NCBI GenBank assembly: GCA_030390025.1
Contig: CM059431.1
Span: 141,176,001-141,240,000 of the forward strand
Reading direction: 5' to 3'
Length of the DNA: 64,000 nucleotides
Source of the DNA: Squalus acanthias
Lineage: Eukaryota
Part shown: positions 11,051-24,374 of the stretch, in pieces
Layout: every line of letters starts with the position of its first letter
Numbering within the stretch: the stretch's first letter is position 1
Made by a program: the position numbers and the translations under genes
Notes under the pieces: model-generated
The model's input: the letters and a program-made list of their open reading frames with translations, nothing else
Database searches by the model: none
What the model was told of the DNA's origin: nothing

Positions 11051-12910
11051 ATGGTTCATGTGTAGTCCGTCCCAACGGAACAGCTCTCTCTTTCCCCAGT
11101 ACTGGTGCCAGTGCCCCACGAATCGAAACCCACTTCCCCACGCCAATCTTTGAGCCACGCATTCATCTCTCTGATCCTGTTGGCCCTATGCCAATTTGCT
11201 CCTGGCTCAGGTAATAATCCAGAGATTATTATCTTTGTGGTCCTGCTTTTTAATTTAGTCCCTAGCTGCTCAAAGTCTCTCCGCAGATCATCTTTCTTAG
11301 TCCTTCTTATGTCGTTGGTACATACGTGGAACATGACAACTGGATCGTCCCCCTCCCACTCGAAGTGCTTCTCCAGCACGGAGGAGATTTCCTTTACCCT
11401 GGCACCAGGTAGGCAACATAGCCGTCGGGTCAAACGCTCCTGGCTGCAGAGAACAGTTTCTATCTCCCTAAATATACTGTCGACAACAACAACTACCTTC
11501 ATTTTTACTCCGCCCCACTTGAACGGCTTCCTGTACCACGGTGCATTGGCCAGTTTGCGCGTCCTCCCTGAGGTCCCCGCACTGTTCCACAAGAGTTGCA
11601 AGAACCTTGAATCTATTGGACAAGTGCAGGGACTGAAGCTCAAGCAATACTACCTCCTGGATCCCAGTACTTGCCTCACTCGCAGTCATACCCTCCTGTC
11701 CCTGACCACGTGTCAATTCTAAAGTATTTAATCTAAGGGGTGTGGCTGCCTCCTGGAGCAAAAGTCCAGGTAACTTTCTCCCTCCCTGATGTCTCGCAAT
11801 GTCTACAGCTCGTAGTCCATCTCCTCAAATCGGAGACGAAGTTCCTCGAGCCGCAGACACTTACCACAGAGGTAGTCGCCCTGGACTAAAATATCCACAA
11901 GCTCCCACATATTGCAGCAGCAACACATCTCCTGTTCTCCCATTATTTTATTTATTTAATTCAATAGTTTAGAGGTAATCAAAGTATTATCCTCGCTTAA
12001 TTTATTAGATTAGTTAAATTAAGCTTCGTTTTTAAAATTTAGTTATATGTTATATGTTAACTTAAACGTTAGCCCACAGTTACAACCAATCACTTACCTG
12101 CCTTTGCTGTGACGTCACACTGCCGTTTTCTCTTGCAGTTGCAGGCCTGCTGCTGCTTTTACCCCGCTCTCGGGCCTCGGTCTGCTCCCGCTCAGGTCCG
12201 CCGCCACTCTGCGGGAGAAGTTAGGAAAAGCAAGGCAAAGCAACACCTCCCTCCACCACTTCACCTAACTCCCACACTTACCGAACTCCCAATATGTTCA
12301 CTTTATGTCAAGGTGCACTCCGTGACAAACTGCACACGAACCTCGCTGTTTATACTACTCAAATTTATGAGTCAGTTCTCTGGCAGTTCTTAAACTTACA
12401 CTAGACGATACCGTGCTCCTCCACTACTAGTGAAAACCTACACTTACACTCTAGTTGACCGTGCTCCTCCTATACTATTTAGATTCTAGATCTTCAGTAG
12501 AGATGACCGTCCTCATACAGTACTATTAATATCCTACACCTACAGTAGAGATGTCAGTGCTGCTCCTGTACTATTTATATTCTACACCTACAGTAGAGTT
12601 TACCGTGCTCCTCCTGTACTATTTATAACCTACACCTACAGTAGAGATCACCGTGCTCCTCCTGTGCTATTTACACCCTATACCTACAGTAGAGATGACC
12701 GTGCTCCTCTTGTACTATTTATATCCTACACCTACAGTAGAGATGACCTTCCTCCACAGGTACTATTTATATCCTACACTGACAGTAGAGATCACCGTGC
12801 TCCTCCTGTACTATTTATATCCTACACCTACAGTAGAGATGACCGTGCTCCTCTTGTACTATTTATATCCTACACCTACAGTACAGATGACCGTGCTCCT
12901 CCAGTACTCT

Positions 12911-13910
12911 GTATATTGATGACCTAGACGAGGGAAGTAGATGTAATATCTCCAAGTTTGCAGACGACACAAAGCTGGGTGGGCGTGTGTGCTGTCAGGA
13001 GGATGCAGAGAAACTTCAGTATGATCTGTACAGGTTGGGTGTGAGGGCAGATGAATGGCACATGCAGTATAATGTGTATAAATGTGAGGTTATCCACTTT
13101 GGTGGCAAAAACAGGAAGTCAGATTATTATCTGAACGGCAATAGAAAGGGAGAAGGGGAAGTGCAACGAGACCAGGGTGTCCTTGTGCACCAGTCGCTGA
13201 AGGTAAGCATGCAGGTGCAGCAGGCGGTTAAGAATTCAAATGGTATTTATAACCTGGTATGTTGGCCTTCATAGCGAGAGGATTCAAGTACAGCAGCAAG
13301 GATGTCTTGCTGCAGTTGTACAGGGCCTTGGTGAGACCACACCTTGAGTATTGTGTGCAGTTTTGGTCGCCTTATCTGAGGAACGATGTTCTTGCCATGG
13401 AGGGAGTGCAGCGAAGATTCACCAGACTGATACCTGGGATGGCAGGAATGACTTATGAATAGAGATTGGGTCGATTAGGCTTATATTCGCTAGAGTTCAG
13501 AAGAATGAGAAGGATCTCATTGAAACTTATAAAATTCTAACAGGACTAGACAGATTAGATGCAGGAAGTATGTTCCCGATGGTGGGGGAGTACAGAACTA
13601 GGGGTCACAGTCTAAGGATAAGGGGTAAGCCATTTAGAACTGAGATGAGGAGGAATTTCTTCACCCAGAGAGTGGTGAACCTGTGAAATTCTCTACCACG
13701 GAAGGCAGTTGAGGCCAATTCATTAAATATATTCAAGAAGGAGTTAGATATATTTCTTAAGGCTAAATGGATCAAGGGATATGGGGAGAAAGCAGGGACA
13801 GGGTACTGAATTTGGATGATCAGCCATGATCTCATTAAATGTCGGAGCAGGCTCGAGGGGCCGAATGGCCTACGCCTGCTCCTATCTTCTATGTTTCTAT
13901 GTTTCTATGT
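12911..13910 (+). mobile_element. 5'-truncated CR1 (RT C-terminus plus 3' UTR)
   Basis: [26 protein letters not shown] and a (TTTCTATG)n tail. Confidence 0.95.
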
Positions 13911-14364
13911 ACTATTTATAGCCTACACCTACAGTAGTGATAACCATGCTCCTCCTGTACTATTTATATCCTACACCTACAGTGGAGATCACCATGCTCC
14001 TCCTGTACTATTTATACCCTACACCTACAGTAGAGATGACCGTGCTCCTCCTGTACTTGTGATAGCGTATATTTACACGAGAGGTGAGCGCACTCCTTCG
14101 GTACTAGAGGTTTGCTAAACATACAGAGGAGTAGAACATGCTCCTCCACCACTAGGGTTACTTCTACACTTAAACTAGCGGTGTCAGTGCTACTGCGGTA
14201 CGAGTATTACCCTACACTTACATTGTATGTGAGCATGCTACTCCGCTACTATTGGTATCCTACACTTATAATAGAACTGACCGTTCTCATCCAATATTAG
14301 TGGCAACCTATAATTACACTGGAGTTAAACATCCTCCTCTGGAACTAGAAGTACCAGTTGTGTC

Positions 14365-14780
14365 TATTTTCCTTGGAACAGAGGAGGCTGAGGGGAGACC
14401 TTATTGAGGTGTATAAAATTATGAGGGCACAGATAAAGTGGGTAGAAAGCACTTATTTCCCTTAGCAGATGGTTCAAAACCAGGGCGCACAGAGGTAAAG
14501 TAATTGGTGGAAGGTTTAGAGGGGTTTTGAGGGGACGTTTCTTCACCCAGAGGTTTGTGCGGGTCTGTAACTCACTGCCTGAAAGGGTGGTAGAGGCAGG
14601 AAAACTAACCAATTTTAAAAAGTACTTGGATGTGGACTTGGGATGCTCTAACCTTGGGATGCTACGGACCAAGAGCTGGGAAGTGGAATTAGGCTGGATA
14701 GCTCTTTGTTGGCCGGCGCGGAGAAGATGGGCTGAAATGGCCTCCTTCCGTGCTGTAACGTACTATGATTCTATGATTCT
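14365..14780 (+). mobile_element. CR1 3' fragment
   Basis: [12 protein letters not shown] and FFTQR motifs; tatgattctatgattct tail. Confidence 0.85.
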
Positions 14781-14869
14781 TTGAAGTACCACTACAATTA
14801 CACTGTGGTTCAGAGGCTAGACTCTGATTTTCATATTATAAAAAGGAATTGGAAGCACTGAAATAGGTA

Positions 14870-15350
14870 AAGAAGATATTTAAAGGTTTTATGCCAGAAA
14901 TTAGAGATTATACCTTTCAGGAAAGTTTGAACAATCCACGGCTCTTTTCTCTGGACAAGAGAGTGCTGACGGGTGACATGATCGAAGTCTTTTAAATTAT
15001 GAATGGGTTTGATAGGGTAAACGAAGAGAAGACATTCCCTCTTGTGAGGAGAATTAAACTAGGGGCATGAGTATAAGATTGTCACTAATACAGCCAACAG
15101 GGAGTCCAGGAGAAACGTATTCAACAAGAGACTGGTTAGAATGTGGAATTCGCTACTACAAAGATTAGTTGGGGCAAGTGACCTAGATACATTCAAGGGG
15201 AAGCTAGGTAAGTACATAAGAAAGAAAGGAACAGAAGGATATGCTGATAAATTTAGTTGAGTGAGGTGGGAGGAGGCTCGTGTGGAGCATAAACACCGAC
15301 ATGGACCAGTTGGATCGTGTGGTCTGTTCCTGTGCTGTACATTCGATATC
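14870..15350 (+). mobile_element. Old CR1 3' fragment
   Basis: Degenerate RT C-terminus and 3' UTR (gtggagcataaacaccg...ctgtgctgta). Confidence 0.7.
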
Positions 15351-15639
15351 AATCTATATAAACAATATCATAAACAATCTTTGGAACAGGCTCCCTAGAA
15401 AGACCATGGAAGCAGTTAGAAATAAATAACTCAAATGAAAATTAGAGAGATTTCTTTCAGAATCTTATTATGAATTCTGTTTCCATCATCATGTAAGGCA
15501 TTCCAGGTACTAACAGATCTCATCCTAAAATAAACATCTTTTAGTTTCTAAGTTATTTTTTGCTGGCGAGATTAAATTTTAGTTGCCAAATAACCTTGTG
15601 AATTTTTCAACACGTCTTTCCGAATTTCACTTAACGTTC

Positions 15640-16650
15640 TTGGTTCACTTTGCCTTCTTTCTACTCATAACTAAAACCTTTCATCCCTGGTATGATGTTA
15701 GTGAATTTATTTTGACCGTTTCCATGGCCTTCACATCCTTCCCAATGTAGGGCGCCCAGAAATGGTCACAGCAGCTGAGGTTTTGCACTGCTGTGCAATT
15801 TTCCTACGTGTGTTTCCACGCACTGTGAGCTCAGAGACAGAACATTTCTCCTTAAATTTCAACCAACATTTTAACAGCAAATCTGCGGATCTGACTATGT
15901 CCTATTTTATTTGCATAGAAACGGAGGAACATGATTAGGTCATTCAGCAGCTCGAGTCTGTTCCAGCATTCAATCACATCATGGCTTATCTGTTTCTTAA
16001 ATCCACTTAGACGCCTTTATTCCATGTCCGCTGATATCCTTACCTAAATAAATGTATTTCTATTTAATTCTTCACAATTATATTGTCCAGCATCCACAGC
16101 CTTTTGAAGAGGCGAATTCCAGATTTCCAATAACCTTTGTGTGAAATAGTGCTTCCGGATCTCATTCCTAAGTGGCCCAGCTCTAATTTAAAGATGATGC
16201 CCACTTATTCTGCATTTCCCCATTAGAGGAAATAGTTTGTCTGTATCTACCCTATGGACTTCCTTTATGAATTTAAATATTTCGATATGATCAACCCTCA
16301 AGCGTTTAAACTTAAGGAAATACAAACCAGGTTTATGCAACCTGTCCTCATATTTAAATCTGCAAACACTGGTATAATTCTGGTGAATATGCACTGTACC
16401 TGCTATAAGGTTAATTTATATTTCCTGAATTCGGTTCCCAAATCTGAAAGTAATGCTCGAGATGGTGTCTGAGCAAGGTTATGTATAAAGGAAGCATCGA
16501 GTCCTCATTTTTGAATTCAAACGCTTTGAGAAAATGGGCAGCATTCCATTGGCTGTTTTGATCATTTTTTGTACCTGTGCACTAGCTTTTACTTATTTGT
16601 GTACACGGAGGCTCAAATCCATTTTCTCCTCCACATCAACGCCTCTGTCA
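15640..16650 (-). mobile_element. Old CR1 fragments
   Basis: ORF 16188-16394 (YEDRLHKPGLYFLKFKRLR); reverse 3' UTR at about 15925-15990. Confidence 0.7.
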
Positions 16651-16957
16651 CCATTAATATTACGTCAGTGAATATTTTGTCTGAGAACTGACCGGTCCTG
16701 TTAAATTTAAGAAAAGTTGCACCAGATTCCTGGTGTCAGAAGCAATGACTATTTTAAAACAGACTCCTGTGTGTGAAATGAAATGTGGGTCACAGTTCAT
16801 CACAGAAAAAATATTGATGTATCGACTCTTGGTTAGTCAGCATTTCTTTAATTCTGCAAAAGAAGGTCATTAGTTCATTAATGGTGATTAAAACAATTCT
16901 TTTTTCGCATTAAATATTGGAAGTCATTTAATTAGAAGCTGCTTTTTCACCTCTTAA

Positions 16958-17029
16958 TTCCCTGACCGGGAATCAAACGCAGGCCACGGCGGTGAAAGCA
17001 TCGAATCCTAACCACTAAACCACCAGGGA
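16958..17029 (-). tRNA. tRNA-Glu (TTC), probably a pseudogene
   Basis: Minus strand TCCCTGGTGGTTTAGTGGTTAGGATTCGATGCTTTCACCGCCGTGGCCTGCGTTTGATTCCCGGTCAGGGAA matches the vertebrate tRNA-Glu body. T-loop reads GTTTGA and the anticodon stem has mismatches. Confidence 0.85.
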
Positions 17030-17504
17030 AAACAGAGTCAAACCATTGCTATAATGTTAAATATAATTGAGAACTCTCCATGTTGGATACCGATTTAGTT
17101 TTGACTTGTTTTACATGTAAATGTATTTCATGACTCTGTTGCTTACAAATATATTTACATATATCTGTAAAATTTATTCATTTTTTGGAGGTCATCTGTC
17201 TTCATTCCAAATGTGTTATGTAATATTTATTTCTCAATGTGGTTCTTTTAAATTACACACAAATACATGTATACATAATACAGACACACACAAATACAAT
17301 GACAAATAAAACACAAATATATTTATAACTGGGACACAAATACACCCAAGTGCATTTAGAAGTATCACAGATACAATTATTTATATTTATATTTTTATGT
17401 AGTGTGTGTCATATTATAATAAAAAACTATGAATTGACACACATATAAAGCTTCGCACTCATCACATAAACACGAACTTTATAGATAAACATCACACCCA
17501 CACA

Positions 17505-18308
17505 GGATGCTTCTTAAGAAGATGGAAGCCCATGGAATTAAGGGAAAAGTGATGGTATGGATACGGAATTGGCTCAGTGACAGGAAGCAAAGGGTGTTGT
17601 TGGACGGTGGTTTGCAGTGGTGTTCCTAAGGTCAGTTTTGGATTCATTAATCTTTGCAATATTTATAAACGATCTAGACTCGGATGTAGGGAGCAGCATT
17701 CTACAGTTTGCAGATGATACGAAACTTGGCAACATAATAGATAGTGATGAGGATAGTTGTAGATTTCAGGATGACATAGGCAGGATAGTGAAACGGGCAG
17801 AAGCATGGCAGTTGGAGTACAATGTGTGAAGTGATGCACTTTCGTAGGACTAATATGGAAAGACAGTGTATTATAAATGGTACGATTTTGAAAAGTGCAG
17901 ATGAGCAGAGAGGCCTGGGTGTCATATACACAAATCATTAATGGTGGCAGGGCAAGTTGATAAAGTGATTAATCAAGCATATGGGTTACTAGTTATAAAG
18001 TAGATAGAGAAACAACTATTCCCTCGGGCGAGTTGGTCAATAACCTGAGGTCATAGACTTAAAATCATTGGCCAAAGATCGAGAGGGAGATGAGAAGATT
18101 TATTTTCACTCAGTGAGTTGTCGGGGTCTGTAACGCTCTACCTCACAAGGTGGTGGAAGCTGATTCCATCAATAATTTTAAAGGGCGTTTCACAGGTACT
18201 TGAGGATGAGGAACTTACAGGGTTAGGGACAAAAAGCGGGGCTGTGGGACTGAGCACGGCTGCTCTTTCTAAACCAGCTCCTGTGCTGTGAGTTTCTTTG
18301 ATTCTATA
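17505..18308 (+). mobile_element. Old CR1 RT and 3' fragment with internal deletion
   Basis: IFINDLD...QFADDTKLG; 3' UTR ends at about 18308. Confidence 0.8.
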
Positions 18309-18524
18309 TACACACCCACAGTTTATATTTTCACACGGCCTTGTTTGCAGTTCTAACTAATGTCTGGACGCCAAAAGTTTCATTGTTTTTCAGAAGCTGC
18401 TCGACCTGTTGTGTATTTTGAACAGTTTCCTAGTTTATTTTCCTGTGATGTGCTGATTCTGGGTAAGAAATAAACGGTGTTTGAGAAACATGTATATAAC
18501 CATTCCTGCGCTGTTGTAAACGTA

Positions 18525-18596
18525 GAATTCGTGGCGCAACGGTAGAGCGTCTCATTCCCGATCAGAAGGCTGCGTGTTCAAATCACGTCGGGGACA
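18525..18596 (+). tRNA. tRNA-Trp-derived pseudogene (anticodon CCA changed to CCC)
   Basis: GAATTCGTGGCGCAACGGTAGAGCGTCTCATTCCCGATCAGAAGGCTGCGTGTTCAAATCACGTCGGGGACA matches vertebrate tRNA-Trp. Acceptor stem and anticodon arm are disrupted. Confidence 0.85.
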
Positions 18597-19011
18597 CAGC
18601 TCAGTCTATCGTTGATCGGAGTATTGATCATTACAGAAACAGACCCTTGCTATAAAATCTGTCTCACTAGTTCCCCAGTGTCAGGGAGAAAAGCGCCAGA
18701 TGCCCTCATTAATGTAACAAACAGACACAAACACACGTGTTTAGTAAAGTGTTCCACACAGCTTGATAAACCCTGGGCTCCTCGTCACTTGTAGGGGGTC
18801 TCCCAATGCGCTTCATAGAGGAGTGATCAAAAAAATGGAAGCCCAATCCAAAGAAGGATCCATTAAGACGTGTGACCAAAAGACTCCTCAAAGCTTACGG
18901 TTATAAGAGGGTCTTAAAGGAGGAGACGGAAGGGTTAGGGAAGGACATTCCCGGCAGCGAGGCGCAGACTATTTGTAGCGTGAAGAGAAAGGGGAATGCA
19001 CAAGAGGCCGG

Positions 19012-20690
19012 ATTCATAGAATCATTGAATCTTAGGATCATAGAATCTTACAGCACAGAATGAGGCCTTTCGGCCCGTCCTGCCTGTGCCAGCTCTTTGA
19101 AAGAACTATCCAATTTAGTCCCACGCCCAAGCATTTAACCCATAACCCTGCTATTAGTTCTCTTCAAATACATGTACAATTGCCGTTTGAATGTTTCTAT
19201 GGAATCTGATTCCAGCACCCTTTCAGGTAATGTGTTACTGATCTTAACAACCCTCTGGGTGAAAATAAATTTCTTAAAGCCGCCTCGAGTTCTTTAGCCA
19301 ATTATTTATAATCTATGACCTCTGGTTTTCGATCAACTCGGCAAGAAAACAATTTCTCCCTACTTGCTCAATCAAAAGACCTCATAATTTTGAATATCCC
19401 TTTTAGGTCTCCCCTAAACCTTCTCTGCTCTCGGGAAAACAATGTCAGGGTTAGTTTTCTGATGGAATAATAGAATCAAAGAATCATAGAATTATAGAAA
19501 GTTACAGCAAGGAAGGAGGCCATTTCGGCCCATCATGTCCGCGCCGGCCAACAAAGAGCTATCCAGCCTAATCCCACTTCCCAGCTCTTGGTCCGTAGCA
19601 CTGCAGGTTAGAGCATCCCAAGTGCACATCCAAATACTTTTTAAATGTGGTTACGGTTCCTGCCTCTAAAACCCTTTCAGGCAGTGAGATCTAGACACCC
19701 ACAACCCTCTGGGTGAAGAAATTTCACCTCAAATCCCCACCAATTACTTTAAATCTGTGCCCCCTGGTTCTGACCCCTCTGCTAAGGGAAATAGGACCTT
19801 TCTATACACTTTATTTTTGCCTCTCATAATTTAAATACACCTCAATAAGGTCTCCCCTCAACCTCCTCTGTTCCAAGGAAAACAAACCCAGCCTATCCAA
19901 TCTTTCCTCATAGCTAAGACTCTCTACTCCCGGCAACATCCTTGTAAATCTCCTCTGTACCCTCTCTAGTGCAATCACAACACTCCTGTAATGTGGTGAC
20001 CATAACTGTACGCAGTACTCTAGCTGAGGCCTAACTAGTGTTTTATACAGTTGAAGCATAACCCCCCTGCTATTGTATTCTATGACATGACTAATAAAGG
20101 CACGCATTTCGTATGCCTTCCTAACCACCTAATCTACCTGGACTGCTACCTTCAGGGATCTGTGGACTTGCATTCCAAGGTCCCTTTGTTCCTCTACACT
20201 ACTCAGTGTCCTACCATTGAATGTGTATTCCCTTTCCTTGTTAGCCCTCCCCAAATGCATTACCTCACAATTCTCCGGATTGAATTCCATTTGCCACTGT
20301 CCTGCCCAACTGACCAATTTATTGATATCTTCCTGCAGTCTACAGCTTCCTTCTTCAGTATCAACCATATAGCCGATTTTTGTATCATCTGCAAACTTCT
20401 TAATCCTACCCCGTATATTGAAGTCTAGATCATTGATATATACCACAAAAAGCAAGGGACCAAGTACTGAGCCCTGCGGAATCCCACTGGAAACAGCCAT
20501 CAACCATTACACTGTGCTTTCTGTCTCCGAGCCAGTTTTGAATCCAACTTGACACTTTGCCCTGGATCCCATGGGCTCTTAACTTCGTGAACAGTCTGCC
20601 ATGTGGAACCTTATCAAAAGCCTTGCTAAAGTCCATATACACTACATCAAACGCACTACCCTCATCTGCCTCCTTGTTACCTCCTCAAAA
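19012..20690 (-). mobile_element. Two adjacent CR1 3' fragments (about 19012-19450 and 19470-20690)
   Basis: Two reverse tails; ORFs contain YMDFSKAFDKVPH, GIPQGSVLGP, KFADDTK and LVRPQLEYC. Confidence 0.9.
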
Positions 20691-20768
20691 ATAGGAAGAA
20701 AGTGTCGAAGAAGCAGTTGCAGCTAATTCCATAAAATCCAATTGCACAGAGGAGTGAAAAGACCGGCA

Positions 20769-20851
20769 TGTCTGGAGTGGGATTCATACCCACGCTCCCA
20801 GAGGAGACTGTGACCTGAACGCAGCACCATAGTCCGCTCGGCCATCTGTGC
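20769..20851 (-). tRNA. tRNA-Leu (CAG) pseudogene
   Basis: Reverse complement matches the vertebrate Leu-CAG body (ATGGCCGAGCGG...GCTGCGTTCAGGTC.CAGTCTCC...GCGTGGGT...AATCCCACTCC.GACA) with B-box and acceptor-stem mutations. Confidence 0.8.
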
Positions 20852-21302
20852 TCAAGGAGAAACCTTTCAATAGGCCTGAATTTCCCAGAGAAGCCCCAGA
20901 GAAAGTTCCACTCATTCTGGTCCCCCGTAAATGCTGCTGGAAGGCTCAGTGACCAAAAACAACATCACTTCTGTCCCAGAATAAAAACTCTCAATCCTTC
21001 TCCTCCGTTGCCTTTTACAGACATTTCACTGATCGAAACCACACTCGTCACACAGGAAATTGATTGTTAAGTGATTAATGCTCTGAAGGAGATCTCTAAT
21101 TGTCCTCCCCAATCTCCTGAATCAGATAATTCTCGCCGGGTTCCTTTGAGAAGAATCATAGAATTATTTAATTATACAGCACGGAGTCATTCTGCCCATC
21201 ATGCCTGTGCCGGATCTTTGGTAGAGCTAACCAATTAATCTCAGTCCCCTGATATGTAATCATAGCCTGTAATGTTTTTCCTTCAAGTATTTATCCAGTT
21301 CT

Positions 21303-24300
21303 CCAGGGGTTTGGGAACCTGTGCAGGGAGACAGAGGAAAGGGAAGCAAGGATAGAAGCAAAAGACAGAAAGGAGAAAAGCAAAAGTGGAAGGCAGAGAA
21401 ATCAAGGGGGTAAATCAAACAGGGCCACAGTAAATAATAATTCTAAAAGGACTAATAATGTTAAAAAACAAGCCTGAAGGCTTTGTGTCTTAATGCGAGG
21501 AGCATTCGTAATAAGGTGGATGAATTAGCTGCACAAAGGGATGTAAACGGATATGATATAATTGGGATTACGGAGACATGGCTCCAGGGTGACCAACGCT
21601 GGGAATTCAACATCCACGGGTATTCAATATTCAGGAAGGACAGGCAAAAAGGAAAAGGAGGTGGGGTAGCATTGCTGGTGAAAGAGGAGATAAACACAAT
21701 AGTAAGGAAGGATATTAGCTCTGATGATGTGGTATCTGTATGGGTAGAGCTGAGAAATACCAAGGGGCAGAAAACATTATGGGGTGTTGTATACAGACCG
21801 CCAAACAGTAATGCGGAGGTTGGGGACGGCATTAAACGGAAAATTAAAGACGCGTGCAATAAGGGCACAGAAGTCATCATTGGTGACTTCAATCTACATA
21901 TAGATTGGACTAACCAAGTTAGTAACAATACTGTGGAGGAGGAATTCCTAGAGTGTATACGGGATGGTTTCCTGGACCAATATGTCGAGGAACCAACTAG
22001 AGATCAGGACATCTTAGACTGAGTATTATGTAATGAGAAAGGATTAATTAGCAATCTTGTTGTGCGAGGCCCCTTGGGGAGGAGCGATCATAATATGATA
22101 GAATTCTTCATTAAGACGGAGAGTGAAGTAGTTGACTCAGAATCTACGGTCCTGGATTGAAATAAAGGGATCATTGATGATATAAGGCGCGAGTTCGCTA
22201 GGATGGATTGAGGAACGTTACTTAAAGGATTGACGGGGGATAGGCAATGGCAAACATTTAAAGATCGCATGGCTTAACTACAGAATTTGTTCATCCCTGT
22301 TTGGCATAAAATTTAAACAAAATAGGTGACTCAACCGTGGCTAACAAGGGAAATTAGGGATAGCATAAGATCCAAGGAGAGGACATATAAATTGGCCAGA
22401 AAAAGCAGCACACCTGAGGATTGGGAGCAGTTTAGGATTCATCAAATGAGGTCAAAGTGATTAATTAAGAGGGGGAAAATAGAATATGAGAGTAAGCGTT
22501 CAGGGAACATAAAAAATGACTGTAAAAGCTTCTATAGATATGTGAAGAGAAAAAGATTGGTGAAGTCAAGCGTAGGTCCCTTGCAGTCAGAATCAAGCGA
22601 ATTTATAATGGGTAACAAAGAAATAGCAGAACAATTAAATTCATACTTTGGTTCTGTCTTCACAAAGGACGATACAAATAACCTCCCTGAGATGTCGGGG
22701 AACATAGGTTCTAATGAGAGGGAGAAACTGAATGAAATCAGTATTTGTAGGGAAATGGTGATAGGGAAATTGACGGGATTGAAGGCCGATAAATCCCCAG
22801 GGCCTGATAATCTACATCCTAGGGTACTTAATGACGTGGCCCTAGAAATTGTAGATGCATTGCTGGTCATCTTCCAAAATTCTATAGACTCTGGAACAGT
22901 CTCCATGAATTAGAGGGTAGCTAATGTAACCCCACTATTTAAAAAAGGTGGTAGAGAGAAAACGCGGAATTATAGACCGGTAAACCTAACATCGGTAGTG
23001 GGAAAAATGCTAGAGTCCATTATAAAAGATGTAATAGCAGAGCACTTGGAAAACAGTGACAGGATCGGACAAAGTCAACATGGATTTACAAAAGGTAAAT
23101 CATGCTTGAATAATCTACTGGAATTTTTTGAGGATGTAACTGGTAGAATAGATAAGGGAGAACCAGTGGAATTGGTGTATTTGGACTTTCAGAAGGCTTT
23201 CGATAAGGTCTCGCATAAGAGATTGGCGTGCAAAGTTAAAGCACATGGGATTGGGGGTAAAGTACTGACTTGGATAGCGAACTGGTTGGCAGACAGGAAG
23301 CAAAGAGTTGGAATAAACGGGTCTTTTTCCGAGTGACAGGCAGTGACTAGTGGGGTACCGCAGGAATCGGTGCTAGGAACCCAGTTATTCACAACATATA
23401 TTAATGATCTAGACGAGGAAACTAAATGTAAAATCTCCAAGTTTGCAGACGACACAAAGCTGGGGTGGGCGTGTGTGCTGTGAGGAGGATGCAGAGAAAC
23501 TCCAGTAAGATTTGGACAGGTAGGGTGATTGGGCAGATGCATGGCAGATGCAGAATAAAGTGGAAAAATGCGAGGTTATCCACTTTGGTGTCAAAAACAG
23601 GAAGGCAGATTATTATCTGAACGGCAATAGATTGGGAAAAGGGGAAGGGCAACGAGACCTGGGTGTCCTTGTGCACCAGTCTCTGAAGATAAGCATGCAG
23701 GTGCAGCAGGCGGTTAAGAAGGCAAATGGTATGTTGGCCTTCATAGCGAGAGGATTCGAGTACAGGAGCAAGGATGTCTTGCTGCAGTTGTACAGGGCCT
23801 CGGTGAGAACACACCTTGAGTATTGTGTGCAGTTTTGGTCACCTTATCTGAGGAACGATGTTCTTGCCACGGAGGAAGTGCAGCGAAGATTCACCAGACT
23901 GATACCTGGGATGGCAGGAATGACGTATGAAGAGAGATTGGGACGATTGGGCATGTATTCGCTACAGTTTAGAAGAATGAGAGGGGATCTCATTGAAACT
24001 TATAAAATTCTAACAGGACTAGACAGACTCGATGCTGGAAGGATGTTCCCGATGGCGGGTGAGTCCAGAACCAGGGGTCATAGTGTAAGGATAAGGGGTA
24101 AGCCATTTAGAACTGAGATGAGGAGGAATTTCTTCACCTAGTGAGTGGTGAACCTGTGGAATTCTCTACCACAGAAGGTAGTTGAGGCCAGTTCATTAAA
24201 TATATTCATGAAGGAGTTAGATATATTTCTTAAGTTTAAAGGGATCAAGGGATATGGGGAGAAAGCAGGGACAGGGTACTGAATTTGGATGATCACCCAT

Positions 24301-24374
24301 GATCTCATTAAATGGCGAACAGGATCGAGGGGCAGAATGGCCTACTCCTGCTCCTATCTTCTATGTTTCTATGT
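21303..24374 (+). mobile_element. CR1 LINE with complete but stop-interrupted ORF2 (APE plus RT) and 3' UTR
   Basis: CLNARSIRNK, GDFN, KSPGPD, YLDFQKAFDKV, FADDTK and the ttctatgtttctatgt tail. Confidence 0.95.

Larger units (their letters stand above)
7011..12390 (-). mobile_element. Near full-length decayed CR1 LINE (5' UTR, ORF1 zinc finger plus SGNH esterase, ORF2 APE-RT, tail)
   Basis: ORF1 ATG at about 11943 (MGEQEMCCCNMWE...); esterase-like ORF 11056-11643; YLNARSIRNK; KSPGPD; GVPQGS; RPHLE; (TTTCTATG)n tail at 7011. Contains frameshifts and stops. Confidence 0.95.
6900..14350. repeat. 48-bp minisatellite (CTACACCTACAGTAGAGATGACCGTGCTCCTCCTGTACTATTTATATC) split by two CR1 insertions
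   Basis: Units visible at about 6900-7010 (degenerate), 12391-12910 and 13911-14350. The flanks of the 7011-12390 insertion rejoin into one unit (tagtgataaccta|aacttacactagac). Confidence 0.85.

Noticed and set aside
11056..11643. Host SGNH esterase gene
   Set aside because: It is the esterase domain of CR1 ORF1 within the 7011-12390 element.
18525..18596. Functional Trp-body tRNA reading Gly codons (recoding tRNA)
   Set aside because: Acceptor stem and anticodon stem/loop are mutated; decay is the simpler explanation.
21483..24141. Active reverse transcriptase or endonuclease gene
   Set aside because: CR1 ORF2 has multiple in-frame stops and frameshifts; the same holds for all LINE copies here.
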